A stretch of 64,000 bases of DNA. Origin: Candidatus Bathyarchaeota archaeon. GTDB lineage: Archaea > Thermoproteota > Bathyarchaeia > Bathyarchaeales > Bathycorpusculaceae. Under the pieces are notes generated by a model that saw nothing but the letters and a program-made list of their open reading frames with translations, did no database searches and was not told the DNA's origin. The position numbers were made by a program, and so were the translations under genes. Where the stretch lies: the NCBI GenBank assembly GCA_963775465.1, contig CAVZIW010000006.1:160001-224000 (forward strand), given 5' to 3'. Below are positions 20,505 to 30,573 of this stretch, piece by piece; position 1 is the first letter of the stretch, and the number at the start of each line of letters is the position of its first letter.

Positions 20505-20758
20505 TTAAACTTCAGAAAATACATAGTCTAAAGACAACCATAAGACTATTTCTAGAATAAACCCTCAAAATATCCTAACTTAACGTAGTTTGCTACTTTG
20601 GACTTTGTATCTGATTTATGTTTGTAATGTTATCGCTGCTTTTTTCTTCGTTTTTAGGTATTTGTGTCTGTTTATTGAGCGTTTGTCTTTTTGGGCGTGT
20701 TTGAGGTTGCAAAATCTTTTATGCAGTAAAGTCTGAATAATATTCTTAGGGAAAGATA

Positions 20759-22411
20759 GTGAATTCTATCGTTGTAGCCCCTCCCAAAACAAAAAAACGT
20801 TCGTCGATGATCCATTTCTCTATTTTGCCTTCTAAAAATAAAACGAGCCAGAATAGTGAGGTCGGGGTCTTCTTCTCAGAGTTAGGCATTCGTAGTGAGC
20901 AATTCAAAAGTTTGTTTGATAATCTTCCGCAAGGCGTAGCTTTGTATAAAATGGTTTATGATGACAGAAATTTACCTGTAGATTTTATTCTTTTGGACAG
21001 CAACAAGGCATATGAAAATCTTTGTTCTTTTTGTAGAGTCCGCTTAGGGAAAAAACCAATTGCATATAACCTTCAAATCGAAAAAGATTCTGCCTATTGG
21101 ATTGATATTTATAGTAAAGTAGCCAATTTCGGCGTTCCAGAGACTTTTGAAGTTCATTGCCGTGAAACGGATGAATGGTATCAAATTTTTGTTTTCAGCC
21201 CAAAGAAGACCTTTTTAATTTCAGTATTTACGAACATAACGAATCGGAAAAAGAAAGCTTCACAAAGGTTGAGGAACCAGAGAAGAGCGAAAAGAGCACT
21301 TTTGTTGGCCGAAAAAAGGTACCGCAGGTTCTTCGAGACAAGTCATGATGGAATAATGGCCAGAGATATGGATGGAAAAATGATTGATTGCAACAAAGCC
21401 TACGCTAAAATGCTCGGTTATACAAAAAAAGAATTAAGACAACTCTCTGTTCAGCAACTGCTTCCTGAATTGTGGCATGAACAACGAGAAAAAATTGTTA
21501 AAAAAGTCTTGAGGGGTGGGCGTTCGATTGTTTTTGAACGAGAATATAAGCGGAAAGACGGTTCGGTTTTTCCAGCGTCTGTAAGAACTTGGCGGTTGAT
21601 AGATCCTAAAGGGCCAGTTATAGGAATCTGGTCTATTGTTAGGGACATAACTGAACAGAAAGATCAACAGAAAAGCCTTGTACAGCAAGCAGGGGTTCTG
21701 GAAAAGTTGGTTGCTGAGCGGACAAAGCAGCTTAAAGATGCTGAACGGTTAGCTGCTATAGGTCAAACTGCTGGTATGGTTGGACATGATCTTCGTAACC
21801 CTTTGCAGACTGTCCTTGGCGAATTGTATCTTGCAAAGAGCGATGTTGAATCACTCGCTGATGACTCTGTTAAATGTAGTTTGTTTGAGAGTATTCGCGG
21901 GATTGAGGAGCAAATTGTTTACATGGATAAGATTGTGTCTGATTTGCAGGCGTTTGTGCAACCCGTAAAGATTGACAAGAAACCCTTTAGTTTAAGCCAA
22001 CTCGTAAGCTCGGTTTTAGAAACGGTTATGATTCCCCAAGAAATTTTGGTGCAAATTCGTATTCCTGAAAATATTCCTCATGTGAAAGCTGATCCTCAAC
22101 TGTTAAAAAGAGTATTAATTAATTTAGTCACTAATGCGGTTCAAGCTATGCCTGAAGGCGGCACATTAAACATATCCTCAAATTCTGGTTTAGACGATAA
22201 ATTATTTTTGTTTATTGAAGATTCTGGTGTTGGGATATCTGACGAAATAAAGAACCAGATTTTTACGCCTCTTTTTACAACTAAACCTCGCGGTCAAGGC
22301 TTTGGTTTAGCTGTCTGCAAACGTGTAATAGAAGCACATGCCGGTACCATAGGATTTGAAAGCCAAGTGGGGCAGGGAACAAAGTTTACTATTCAGCTTC
22401 CTTTAGGCTAA
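20759..22411 (+). CDS. PAS-domain sensor histidine kinase
   Basis: Two PAS/PAC domains, H-box 'GHDLRNPL', 'NAVQAM', 'GFGL'. Confidence 0.92.
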   Translation: MNSIVVAPPKTKKRSSMIHFSILPSKNKTSQNSEVGVFFSELGIRSEQFKSLFDNLPQGVALYKMVYDDRNLPVDFILLDSNKAYENLCSFCRVRLGKKPIAYNLQIEKDSAYWIDIYSKVANFGVPETFEVHCRETDEWYQIFVFSPKKTFLISVFTNITNRKKKASQRLRNQRRAKRALLLAEKRYRRFFETSHDGIMARDMDGKMIDCNKAYAKMLGYTKKELRQLSVQQLLPELWHEQREKIVKKVLRGGRSIVFEREYKRKDGSVFPASVRTWRLIDPKGPVIGIWSIVRDITEQKDQQKSLVQQAGVLEKLVAERTKQLKDAERLAAIGQTAGMVGHDLRNPLQTVLGELYLAKSDVESLADDSVKCSLFESIRGIEEQIVYMDKIVSDLQAFVQPVKIDKKPFSLSQLVSSVLETVMIPQEILVQIRIPENIPHVKADPQLLKRVLINLVTNAVQAMPEGGTLNISSNSGLDDKLFLFIEDSGVGISDEIKNQIFTPLFTTKPRGQGFGLAVCKRVIEAHAGTIGFESQVGQGTKFTIQLPLG

Positions 22412-22414
22412 AGA

Positions 22415-22702
22415 TTATTCTACTTTATTTTTTTGTAGTTTTTGTTTTAGAGTATAAATGAATACGATAAACCAGAAAACGACTGTAACCCAGGTGAATG
22501 CAAAGCCAATAACATTTCCAAGAAGATAATATGCTATTTCAAAACCGACGATGGAGACAAAAGTTAGAAATGACCCGACGATGCTATATCCACGGAGTAC
22601 ATTTCTATTTTTAATAACTGCCCTTAACATCAACAATAATGCAGCAAAGTTAACTACACTGGCAACATCTAAAAATAAATTAGCTAACGCATAAGTGTCC
22701 AT
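22415..22702 (-). CDS. Small 3-TM membrane protein (PQ-loop/SemiSWEET-like topology)
   Basis: 95 aa, three TM, 'K...LRGYS' loop after TM1. Confidence 0.55.
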   Translation of the reverse strand: MDTYALANLFLDVASVVNFAALLLMLRAVIKNRNVLRGYSIVGSFLTFVSIVGFEIAYYLLGNVIGFAFTWVTVVFWFIVFIYTLKQKLQKNKVE

Positions 22703-22917
22703 CGGTTCGTATTTCCCAATGCCAGATCTGTTTACCCTAACTTAAGATTATCGCAAGAGGTAGCTTAGTTTTTTATTCAAATTTTTAATTTTAAGTTTTC
22801 AGCGAAGCTGTTTTTGAGTTGTGGCGGATTTTATCTATATTTTGTTCTAATTTTAGATAGATTTTGGTAAAACGATAAATAGGCTGTTTAGCAAAAAATA
22901 CAGGTAAAGGTGGATCA

Positions 22918-23571
22918 ATGAAGGCATCAAAAACAATCATAATTGCACCGTTGTTAGTTGTTTTTCTTTTTTGTGGTTTTGCTTCCGCAGTAACGCTTAC
23001 TTCCGATCAAGCATATGTTAGAGCATTTATCTCAAACCCTCAATCACAAGCTGGAGAAACCATTACAGCTGCAATCTATTTTGAAAACAACTACACAGAA
23101 TCTCTTGTTCTGGATTATATCGGCTTTCATTTCAGTTGGATGCCTGAAAATACCCTTTATGGGTTCAACTTTTCAAGTTCACCTGTTTCTGTAGCCGTGG
23201 GCTCCAGCTACTCAAGTTCCATAAACATAACAATTCCTCAATCTGCCAACGGAGTAATAAGCTATTATGCTGGAGTTGATGGAAATCTAGGAAGCTCATC
23301 CACTGATACATTCTCTATCAATTCAGAGTCTGCTGAATTTTTGGTCTCTGGTACCGGTCCAACAGCTACTCCAACAAGTACCCCTTCAATAGGTCAACCA
23401 TCATCGAACATTCTCTTATACGGATTGATCATCGTAGTCGTCGTTGTCGTCGCCTCACTAATTTTAATAATGATGTTACGAAAGAAAAGAAAACACGCTG
23501 AGAAGCCTGCTGAATCAGCGGCCCAGCCTAGTTCTGAGCAGAAACCTTCCGAGCAAGATTTCTCAGTATAA
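22918..23571 (+). CDS. Secreted, C-terminally TM-anchored Ig-like protein
   Basis: Signal peptide, beta-rich domain, PT linker, TM followed by basic tail. Confidence 0.75.
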   Translation: MKASKTIIIAPLLVVFLFCGFASAVTLTSDQAYVRAFISNPQSQAGETITAAIYFENNYTESLVLDYIGFHFSWMPENTLYGFNFSSSPVSVAVGSSYSSSINITIPQSANGVISYYAGVDGNLGSSSTDTFSINSESAEFLVSGTGPTATPTSTPSIGQPSSNILLYGLIIVVVVVVASLILIMMLRKKRKHAEKPAESAAQPSSEQKPSEQDFSV

Positions 23572-23634
23572 CTTTTTCTTTAGACAACATTTGAAAAGGC
23601 TTATAGCTCAACTCAACAACATAAGACTGCAACA

Positions 23635-24303
23635 GTGCCAACTTTGAAGACGAACAGAAACACAGCCCTAACTGGACTTGGAATAATCATTCTGATAGCA
23701 GTATTATTCTTCTATTTTTCCCCAAACTCACAAGCTCAAACCAAACAAAGCTTCACACCATCAGACAGGTTTGACATCCAATCACTTAACGGCTCCATAA
23801 GATTTGCATCAAATGGAACATTTTCGTCGGCAACTTTAGAGAATGACGCTTGGGTCTTTAGTGATTTAAGATTCAACATATCTCGACCCCAAGGTAATCT
23901 AATAGTCTCGGCTGAAAATTCTAACATGACAATTTTTTCTTATCAGACAATTAGCTTCATCGGTAGAAGCGAGTTTTTGAGAGTCGAAGTAGAGGGTTTG
24001 GGCAGGCAAACTGTAAATCTTGGTTTGAATTATTCGAAGCCGACGAGCGGTAGCGAATGGAGCGTTGTTACTCCCGGAAGTGTTTTTCTTGCTGAAGGTG
24101 AAGGTTGGAAGCTCTTACCTGATAATACAGTAGTTATTACTAATCTAACGGGCAACTTTTCCATAGTGCATTACAATTTAGGCTTAAATAGCGATGAAAA
24201 CCTGCCTTTTTATCAAAAACACTCTATAATCATCATAACAGCATTTGTGTTAGCTTCTACTGTAACAGTCTGCGCGATAATTAATTTTAGAGGGAGGAAA
24301 TGA
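23635..24303 (+). CDS. Membrane-anchored hypothetical protein
   Basis: N- and C-terminal hydrophobic helices; 4 nt before the 4Fe-4S gene. Confidence 0.7.
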   Translation: MPTLKTNRNTALTGLGIIILIAVLFFYFSPNSQAQTKQSFTPSDRFDIQSLNGSIRFASNGTFSSATLENDAWVFSDLRFNISRPQGNLIVSAENSNMTIFSYQTISFIGRSEFLRVEVEGLGRQTVNLGLNYSKPTSGSEWSVVTPGSVFLAEGEGWKLLPDNTVVITNLTGNFSIVHYNLGLNSDENLPFYQKHSIIIITAFVLASTVTVCAIINFRGRK

Positions 24304-24307
24304 AAAG

Positions 24308-25552
24308 ATGTTCGGTGACTACTACCCCTCAATAGTATTGCTGATTTACGCTATAGTAGTTGCGGGGGGCATCATCCTTATCCTCAAACTATCCAGAGAC
24401 AAAACAAGAAAAATCAGCTCTCTTCGTCTCTTTGTCCAGATCGTTGCTTTGATTGCAATATTTATGGGTCTTCTAATCGGTCCTTTCAATCAACCTAATT
24501 CACTATTCTATCCTCTGGGTACTTCTCCGCGAGACCGTTTAATTGGTGCTGATATTTTAGGTAATCAATTTCCAGACGGAATCTCACTTCCAATTTTAGC
24601 CTGTTATTACCCCAATGGACGAACAGTTACCTGCGCGCTCTGGCAATTGCAAGCATATATTTTTCCTTTCTGGGACTATCCTCGAGGTTATGAGGTGATC
24701 TATTCAACTTCAGGCTTGGAGAAAATAGCTATAGTAATCGGTATGCTGGTTGTCGCATCGCTGTTGTTAGGTAGATTTTTCTGCGGTTGGCTCTGTCCCT
24801 TTGGTCTATACCAAGACATTCTAACGCGAATCCGAAAATTAGTTCGACGGCGACATCTGAATTTCTCTGATAAAACAAGCATAAAGCTTGGTCAATCACG
24901 CTACATCATAATCGCAGCTTTCTTGATTTTAAGCTTTATTTTTGCATCCTACACTATTTTCGGAACAGAAATCATTCCTGGAACAAAACTTGGTGGACCG
25001 CAGGGAACTGAAGCAGGTATAGTCAGCAACATTAACGAACCATTCTGCTTGATATGTCCGATGAGGCCATTATGCATCTTGGCAGAAACTGGCATTGGAC
25101 AAATGAATTACTCCTACATCTCTCAGATTGTGTATGGTCCATTTTGGATTTCAGGTTTCTACTTGACATCGATTAACTTGGCTGTTTTAGTAGCAGTTAC
25201 AATTTTAGCGTTTGCTTATAGACGGTTCTGGTGCAGAATCTGTCCCCTAGGCGCTTTAACTGCCCTTTTCAGTTCCTTCACTCCCTTCAAACAGATAGCT
25301 TTGACAAAACTTCAGAAAGATGTGCATAAATGTACCAAATGTGGCGTCTGCAAACGTGTCTGTCCAACCCAAGCCACAGCAATGTATGAACAGAAAGGCG
25401 GAGACGTAACTGAATCAAGATGTATGCTCTGTGCAAGATGTGTTGAAATCTGTCCCTACGAAGGTGCATTAAAACTAGATTTCGCTGGAAAAACTATGCT
25501 GAAGTCAAGGAATTGGCTGCAAGAAAACAAATCTATCGATAAGAATGATTGA
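24308..25552 (+). CDS. Membrane 4Fe-4S binding protein (NapH/MauN-like)
   Basis: 'GRFFCGWLCPFG', 'RFWCRICPLG', two CxxCxxCxxxCP motifs. Confidence 0.9.
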   Translation: MFGDYYPSIVLLIYAIVVAGGIILILKLSRDKTRKISSLRLFVQIVALIAIFMGLLIGPFNQPNSLFYPLGTSPRDRLIGADILGNQFPDGISLPILACYYPNGRTVTCALWQLQAYIFPFWDYPRGYEVIYSTSGLEKIAIVIGMLVVASLLLGRFFCGWLCPFGLYQDILTRIRKLVRRRHLNFSDKTSIKLGQSRYIIIAAFLILSFIFASYTIFGTEIIPGTKLGGPQGTEAGIVSNINEPFCLICPMRPLCILAETGIGQMNYSYISQIVYGPFWISGFYLTSINLAVLVAVTILAFAYRRFWCRICPLGALTALFSSFTPFKQIALTKLQKDVHKCTKCGVCKRVCPTQATAMYEQKGGDVTESRCMLCARCVEICPYEGALKLDFAGKTMLKSRNWLQENKSIDKND

Positions 25553-25789
25553 TGATTGTTTTTTCTGTTTTTGGGCGCATTGGAATTACGCTCTTTTTGC
25601 ATTATTTCTGCTATAACAACAATTTTTGCTTTTTTTATATTTGTGGAGGTTTATTTTGGTCTTATTTTTTTGTATTGGGTTTGTTTTATATGCAGGGTTC
25701 GTTATAAAAAGGCTTAAAACGTTTGGGAAAGGATAGAAAAGTCAAAGCTTCAAGATAGAAACGCTTTCTAAAATGTGCTATAGACGCTT

Positions 25790-26518
25790 CTAACTTTTAC
25801 CATTCTTTTTTTTGCTAAGGGGGTCTCCGCATTTTTTGCAAAATGAAGCTTGTAACTTGTTCTCGGTGCCGCAGCAACGGCAAGTTGACATTTTTGTATT
25901 TTCATTTGGGGGTGTTTGCTTTTGGATTTTTGTGCCGCAGTTTTGGCAAAAATTTGCGTCAAAATCATTTACATAGCTGCAACATTGGCAGACGGGACCT
26001 TTTGTGGTTGATTTTTCTTGGTGAATGGTTCTTGTTTGTAATGTGTTGCCATAAATCAAGAGTTTGTCTTTCAGCATTTCGATTTTGGGCAGTAGACCAC
26101 TTAGTTGAGTAAATTGCTCAGGGTTTGGCGCAAACTTGGATATACATTCTTTGCTTAGAATGATAAACTTGGGTTTGCGTGCTGGAATCAGCTTAACTTT
26201 TTCTATCTCATCGTAAGTGTAAAAGCAGCTTTTCTTGCTAATTTTTAAGACTTCATCGAGTGATAAAGCATTGATTTCTTCTTCTATCTCTTGCCTTTTA
26301 GTTTTGTAATCTTCATCATTTGATGCTGGCGGCGGACCACCCAACACTTGAGACATCAAATAGGGACGGCCAACTTCTTCCAAATTGGAACGGTTTGCTC
26401 TTCCCATACAGACTAAGGCGATGCGTTTGTCAGTAAAATAAACATCGTATCTAGTGGAAACGTCAATCGGTAAAACGACATCTTTGATGATTGCAAGTTT
26501 CTGTTCTGAACTTGACAT
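25790..26518 (-). CDS. Double zinc-ribbon domain protein
   Basis: C-terminal 'CQCC..N...ANFCQNCG' and 'CRCCG..N...ASFCKKCG'. Confidence 0.8.
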   Translation of the reverse strand: MSSSEQKLAIIKDVVLPIDVSTRYDVYFTDKRIALVCMGRANRSNLEEVGRPYLMSQVLGGPPPASNDEDYKTKRQEIEEEINALSLDEVLKISKKSCFYTYDEIEKVKLIPARKPKFIILSKECISKFAPNPEQFTQLSGLLPKIEMLKDKLLIYGNTLQTRTIHQEKSTTKGPVCQCCSYVNDFDANFCQNCGTKIQKQTPPNENTKMSTCRCCGTENKLQASFCKKCGDPLSKKKNGKS

Positions 26519-26573
26519 GATTCAAAGCTCCAACCGAGAATTGTTATTTGCGGTATTAGCTCTTAAGGTTATT

Positions 26574-27170
26574 CTAAGCCTGTTTAATCAGGTTAATTTG
26601 GATATTCAAATATCTGCTCGCTTTTGTAGCTAAAATAAAAGCAATAGGAACTGTGTATAGAACAGTTGTTACATTATATAAAACAAAAACAGGAACCAAT
26701 CCAATTATAACAATTTCAGGAAGAGAAACTCCGAAAAACAACGGTAAGAGAACATGATATAATACACTAAAATCCACCAAAGGCATAATGCTACCCCTAA
26801 ACGCAACGCCAATACCCGTCAAAAATACAATTAGCTTTCTTTGACTAAACTTTCCTTCACCGGTTCTCTTAGCAATCAATCGGGTAGCAAAATACAAGCC
26901 CAATAACGTTATCAACAATGAAATAAAATCCATTGAATACGCCACAATTCCGTTTAGACCCAATGGAAATAACGTAATAGCACCTAACCAGTTGATTGCC
27001 CCCACAAGTACCCCCGTTCTAACGCCGAAAAGAAAAAAGACAGCTATTATGGGTATTTGGCTAAATTGATAGAATACCTGTGACCAGTAAATTGTGGGGA
27101 TTCTAACTGCATTCAATACTATTGCAACAGCAGCAAAAGCAACTACTAAAGCAATAGTTTTGGATTCCAT
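26574..27170 (-). CDS. ECF transporter S component (second paralog)
   Basis: 6 TM; same pattern as 10286..10921 ('FAAVAIVLN...YQFSQIPI...YTVPIA'). Confidence 0.65.
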   Translation of the reverse strand: MESKTIALVVAFAAVAIVLNAVRIPTIYWSQVFYQFSQIPIIAVFFLFGVRTGVLVGAINWLGAITLFPLGLNGIVAYSMDFISLLITLLGLYFATRLIAKRTGEGKFSQRKLIVFLTGIGVAFRGSIMPLVDFSVLYHVLLPLFFGVSLPEIVIIGLVPVFVLYNVTTVLYTVPIAFILATKASRYLNIQINLIKQA

Positions 27171-27222
27171 GGTTACTCAATATAGCCGATTTTGATTTAA
27201 AACTGTTCTTCAGCGTTTTTAG

Positions 27223-29274
27223 CTATCTTGACTTTTCAGGAGGGTAGATAGTTATTATCGAATCTCTAATAAGGTATCCATCAGTGCCTGGTCCTGAGTA
27301 TTTTGAGGCGGGATGGAAGAAGGTTACAAATGCATCCAAGTAGTTTTCTTCGCGAACAATTCTATAACCCGGTGGAGGCACCACAGTATAGGCTGTGGTT
27401 TTAACATCACCATACCCTTCTATCAATATGCATGCTGGAGGAAGAGTGAGTTTAGGCGGATGGAGTGGTATTGGTACTGTCCAACCCGCAAAGAGAGTGT
27501 TTCCGTGTACTTTTATCTCAATTTCATCTTTTTTTATCAAGTGGGTATTTTGACCAGCCGGGTTGCCTCTGTTCATCTTTTTCCAAAATTCATGAGCTCT
27601 TGGATTATCTCCTACAATGGCAACTGGTACGTAGGCAAACCCCTTAGTGGTTTGAAGCTTTGACAAGAATATTATAGCATCTTCTTCTCCGAGGCTTGAT
27701 GATTTTTCAATTTTGTCAACTATAATCATTATTTCTGGCAATTTCAGGAATTTAGGAGGATGAATAACAGCTAAACCAATGCTACCAAATCTTCTGTCTA
27801 TAGCTTTCGCAGATATAGCATTGCTAACCCTTTTTGCTGCTACCATCTTTTGAAGTACGTCTTTTTCAGTCAGAGTTCCAGGGGGGATCTGTTCGATAAT
27901 AAAGGGACTCCCCATAAGATTAGGGGGACCGTATGGAAATGGGGAAAGCGTAGGGTCAACCTTTTGAAGTATTGTTTTAAGAGTGGAAACTGACGGCATT
28001 TGGGCGTGTTCCCACATATCATTTAGCATCTTTTTTAATCTAATCACGTAATCATTATCATTAGCATAGATAGTATTCTCAAAGGACATTTCCAATCCAT
28101 GATCTGGCGTTTTGAATTGGAAGAGGTGATTTTCATCGATGAGTGTCATCCCCAAATAACCAACAGGTATGTGTCTAACTCTATATTTTTTAAGAAGTTC
28201 TTGGGCAACGTCTCTGTTATCACTAGTTATTGAAAACATTAAACGGACAGCCACATCTTTTTGAACTGAATTGTTTAACAATTGCTTTGTTTTGTCTATT
28301 GCTAAAGGGCTATCAGACGCAATTATCATAATGATCTCTTTTTTTGCAGACTGCAATGCGTCACGATATTTTGCATAAGCGGTATGGGAATTATTTATGA
28401 TCTGTATTTTTTGGGTTAAAAAATTACCTGTTTGGGATTCGCTGATCTTAGTTAGTGCTCCTGTAGAACTAGACCATAATTCTTCGAAAACAAGCGAAAA
28501 AGCGTCAATAAGAGACTTACAATTTGTCCACAGAAAAAGATCTTTGTTCCGTTCTTTAAGATTAGTTGATTTGCCAGCGATCTGAAATAAAGCTTCTTCA
28601 TTGTCCCTTATAGTCATCTGAGGAAAATGCTCTACTTCAAGTTCAGGAACTCTTACATCAATATTGGGTATCTTTGCTGCAATTTGTCTGAAGATTTCTT
28701 TCATAGCAGCTAGATTTTGGTTCTGACTCTCGATAAGAAAGCGGAAAGAAATTTCTGGGCGCAGATTCTTAAAACGCTGATCGAAAACTCCAAAATAGTC
28801 TGCTTGCGCTAAGTTTTGTGATGTCATTATGATAGAGAAACTATCCTTTGTTTTGTTAAATAGTTGAGATTGTTTGTGCGCTATCTTTTGTTTTCCCTCG
28901 ATTAACGCAAACTTTTCAACAGAAATGTCTGGCTTAGGATTATCGATCTTTTTCCAGTACGTTAACAGAGTATTTTTTTCCTCTTTTATTCTGGCAACTT
29001 CGCTAAGCTTAGACTGAATGTTTAGATCGATAACGTTTTCAAAAGGAACGGCAGAAAAACGCGCTGGAAACTCGACAGTTGATTCGACAATACATTTAGC
29101 TTGTAGACTTCGCAGAATTCGATAAACAAGTGCTTTTGTAGTCTTAGTTTGCTTAGCAATTTCTCCTCCCTTTAAAATGCCTTGTTTTGCTAAAAAAATG
29201 TAAATGTCCATTTCCTTTTCTGTTAGTCCGAACTCTTTCAGAATTTTTCTAACAGCTTCTTCACTCATTGGCAT
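27223..29274 (-). CDS. Large TrmB-family transcriptional regulator
   Basis: N-terminal wHTH 'LKEFGLTEKE..IYIFL...VYRILRSL', two TrmB effector-like repeats, extra C-terminal domain. Confidence 0.85.
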   Translation of the reverse strand: MPMSEEAVRKILKEFGLTEKEMDIYIFLAKQGILKGGEIAKQTKTTKALVYRILRSLQAKCIVESTVEFPARFSAVPFENVIDLNIQSKLSEVARIKEEKNTLLTYWKKIDNPKPDISVEKFALIEGKQKIAHKQSQLFNKTKDSFSIIMTSQNLAQADYFGVFDQRFKNLRPEISFRFLIESQNQNLAAMKEIFRQIAAKIPNIDVRVPELEVEHFPQMTIRDNEEALFQIAGKSTNLKERNKDLFLWTNCKSLIDAFSLVFEELWSSSTGALTKISESQTGNFLTQKIQIINNSHTAYAKYRDALQSAKKEIIMIIASDSPLAIDKTKQLLNNSVQKDVAVRLMFSITSDNRDVAQELLKKYRVRHIPVGYLGMTLIDENHLFQFKTPDHGLEMSFENTIYANDNDYVIRLKKMLNDMWEHAQMPSVSTLKTILQKVDPTLSPFPYGPPNLMGSPFIIEQIPPGTLTEKDVLQKMVAAKRVSNAISAKAIDRRFGSIGLAVIHPPKFLKLPEIMIIVDKIEKSSSLGEEDAIIFLSKLQTTKGFAYVPVAIVGDNPRAHEFWKKMNRGNPAGQNTHLIKKDEIEIKVHGNTLFAGWTVPIPLHPPKLTLPPACILIEGYGDVKTTAYTVVPPPGYRIVREENYLDAFVTFFHPASKYSGPGTDGYLIRDSIITIYPPEKSR

Positions 29275-29413
29275 TCTCTCCTAACTGGTGACTAACTTTG
29301 GTTACTAGTTCATTGTTATGTGCTTGAACGGATTTATTATTTTTTCAGCACCGTAAAGCGGTCAATATATTTGAGGTTTCCAATAAAGGAAAAAGCTAGG
29401 GGAGGTGAAATGA

Positions 29414-29965
29414 ATTAAACGAAAAGTAGCATCTATTGTGGTTTTACTATGCATTGTTTTGGCAGCATCATTGATTTTAGGAGCAACTGCAAATTGGGGA
29501 AAAGAACATAAAACCTATGTTGACTATAAATTCCAAGCGGTCTTGGACAATCCAGTAGTTACAACAACTGTTAATCCTCCAATTCTCACCGTAGATGGGT
29601 ACCGACCAGCCTCTGGTATTCAAGATTGCAACGTGACAATCAACAATAAAACCTACTTCTATCCCGACGACTTCAGCTACCAAGAAACCTTCCATGTTGA
29701 AGCCAACCAAATTACTGGAAAAAGTATCATGTTAGTGACAACGACTCTTACTTTCAACTTACCTGGACACCCAACTATAACGGAATACTTGACGCTACAG
29801 TCCACAAGAACTGGACCAAACACCAGTACAGATGATAGCCAATTCTATTTGACAGGAACAAGAACGTTTAGAAATGTAGAAGGCGGAGGATTCGCAGAGA
29901 GCTACGGAATTTCAGGAACAGATTACGCACTTCACATAGGTCTAATCAAAGGGTGGCCATTCTAA
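29414..29965 (+). CDS. Secreted hypothetical protein (probable ATT start at 29414; track start 29438)
   Basis: RBS GGAGGTG 6 nt before an in-frame ATT giving signal peptide '(M)KRKVASIVVLLCIVL'. Confidence 0.65.
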   Translation: MKRKVASIVVLLCIVLAASLILGATANWGKEHKTYVDYKFQAVLDNPVVTTTVNPPILTVDGYRPASGIQDCNVTINNKTYFYPDDFSYQETFHVEANQITGKSIMLVTTTLTFNLPGHPTITEYLTLQSTRTGPNTSTDDSQFYLTGTRTFRNVEGGGFAESYGISGTDYALHIGLIKGWPF

Positions 29966-30179
29966 CACAACTCAAATCGCCCCTATCTTTTTTTGTTACC
30001 TGCTATGCCAGGTTTTCTATTTTGTACATAGCTTTACGAAGAGAAAATTAGGACAGCCGATTTAAATTCCAAATTAACAATTTTAGCCTATGAATTAGGA
30101 TTTAATCCATCAAAAATCTGCGAAAGCGCCTTAAAACTTGCCATAAGGCGACTACAAGGGTTAAACCAAAATGATCGAA

Positions 30180-30257
30180 TGGTGGACGAGGCGGGATTTG
30201 AACCCGCGACCTCCACGATGCCAACGTGGCGATCATACCAGACTGATCTACTCGCCC
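30180..30257 (-). tRNA. tRNA-Ala(GGC), CCA encoded, no intron
   Basis: GGGCGAG/CTCGTCC acceptor stem with G3:U70, anticodon arm CCACG-TTGGCAT-CGTGG, T-loop GTTCAAATC. Confidence 0.97.
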
Positions 30258-30573
30258 AAACTGTCCGGATTCTATTCTAAAATCCGCCTCATTTAATAAG
30301 CGTTTCTTAAGCCTGATATGGAGAGTTGCCGAAAAAGCCTCCGCTACCTCTTGGGGCTTTTTCTTTCTTAAATCAAGTTTGCAGAAAGCTTCAGTGCCTA
30401 AAAGCATTTTGGGATAGTAAAATTTAAAGAGTCACAGGACAGCCAGTTATAATTATAATTTTTCCCTCTTGTGCTCTACTAAGATATGTAGCTTAGAGGA
30501 ACCGCAGAAAGTTAAGACAACTTTGAAGCCCTTAAAGCCTACACAAAGAGCTAAAGAATGTCATTGAGTTTTG

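Noticed and set aside
30102-30407. 101-aa ORF on the minus strand
   Set aside because: It reads through tRNA-Ala; spurious
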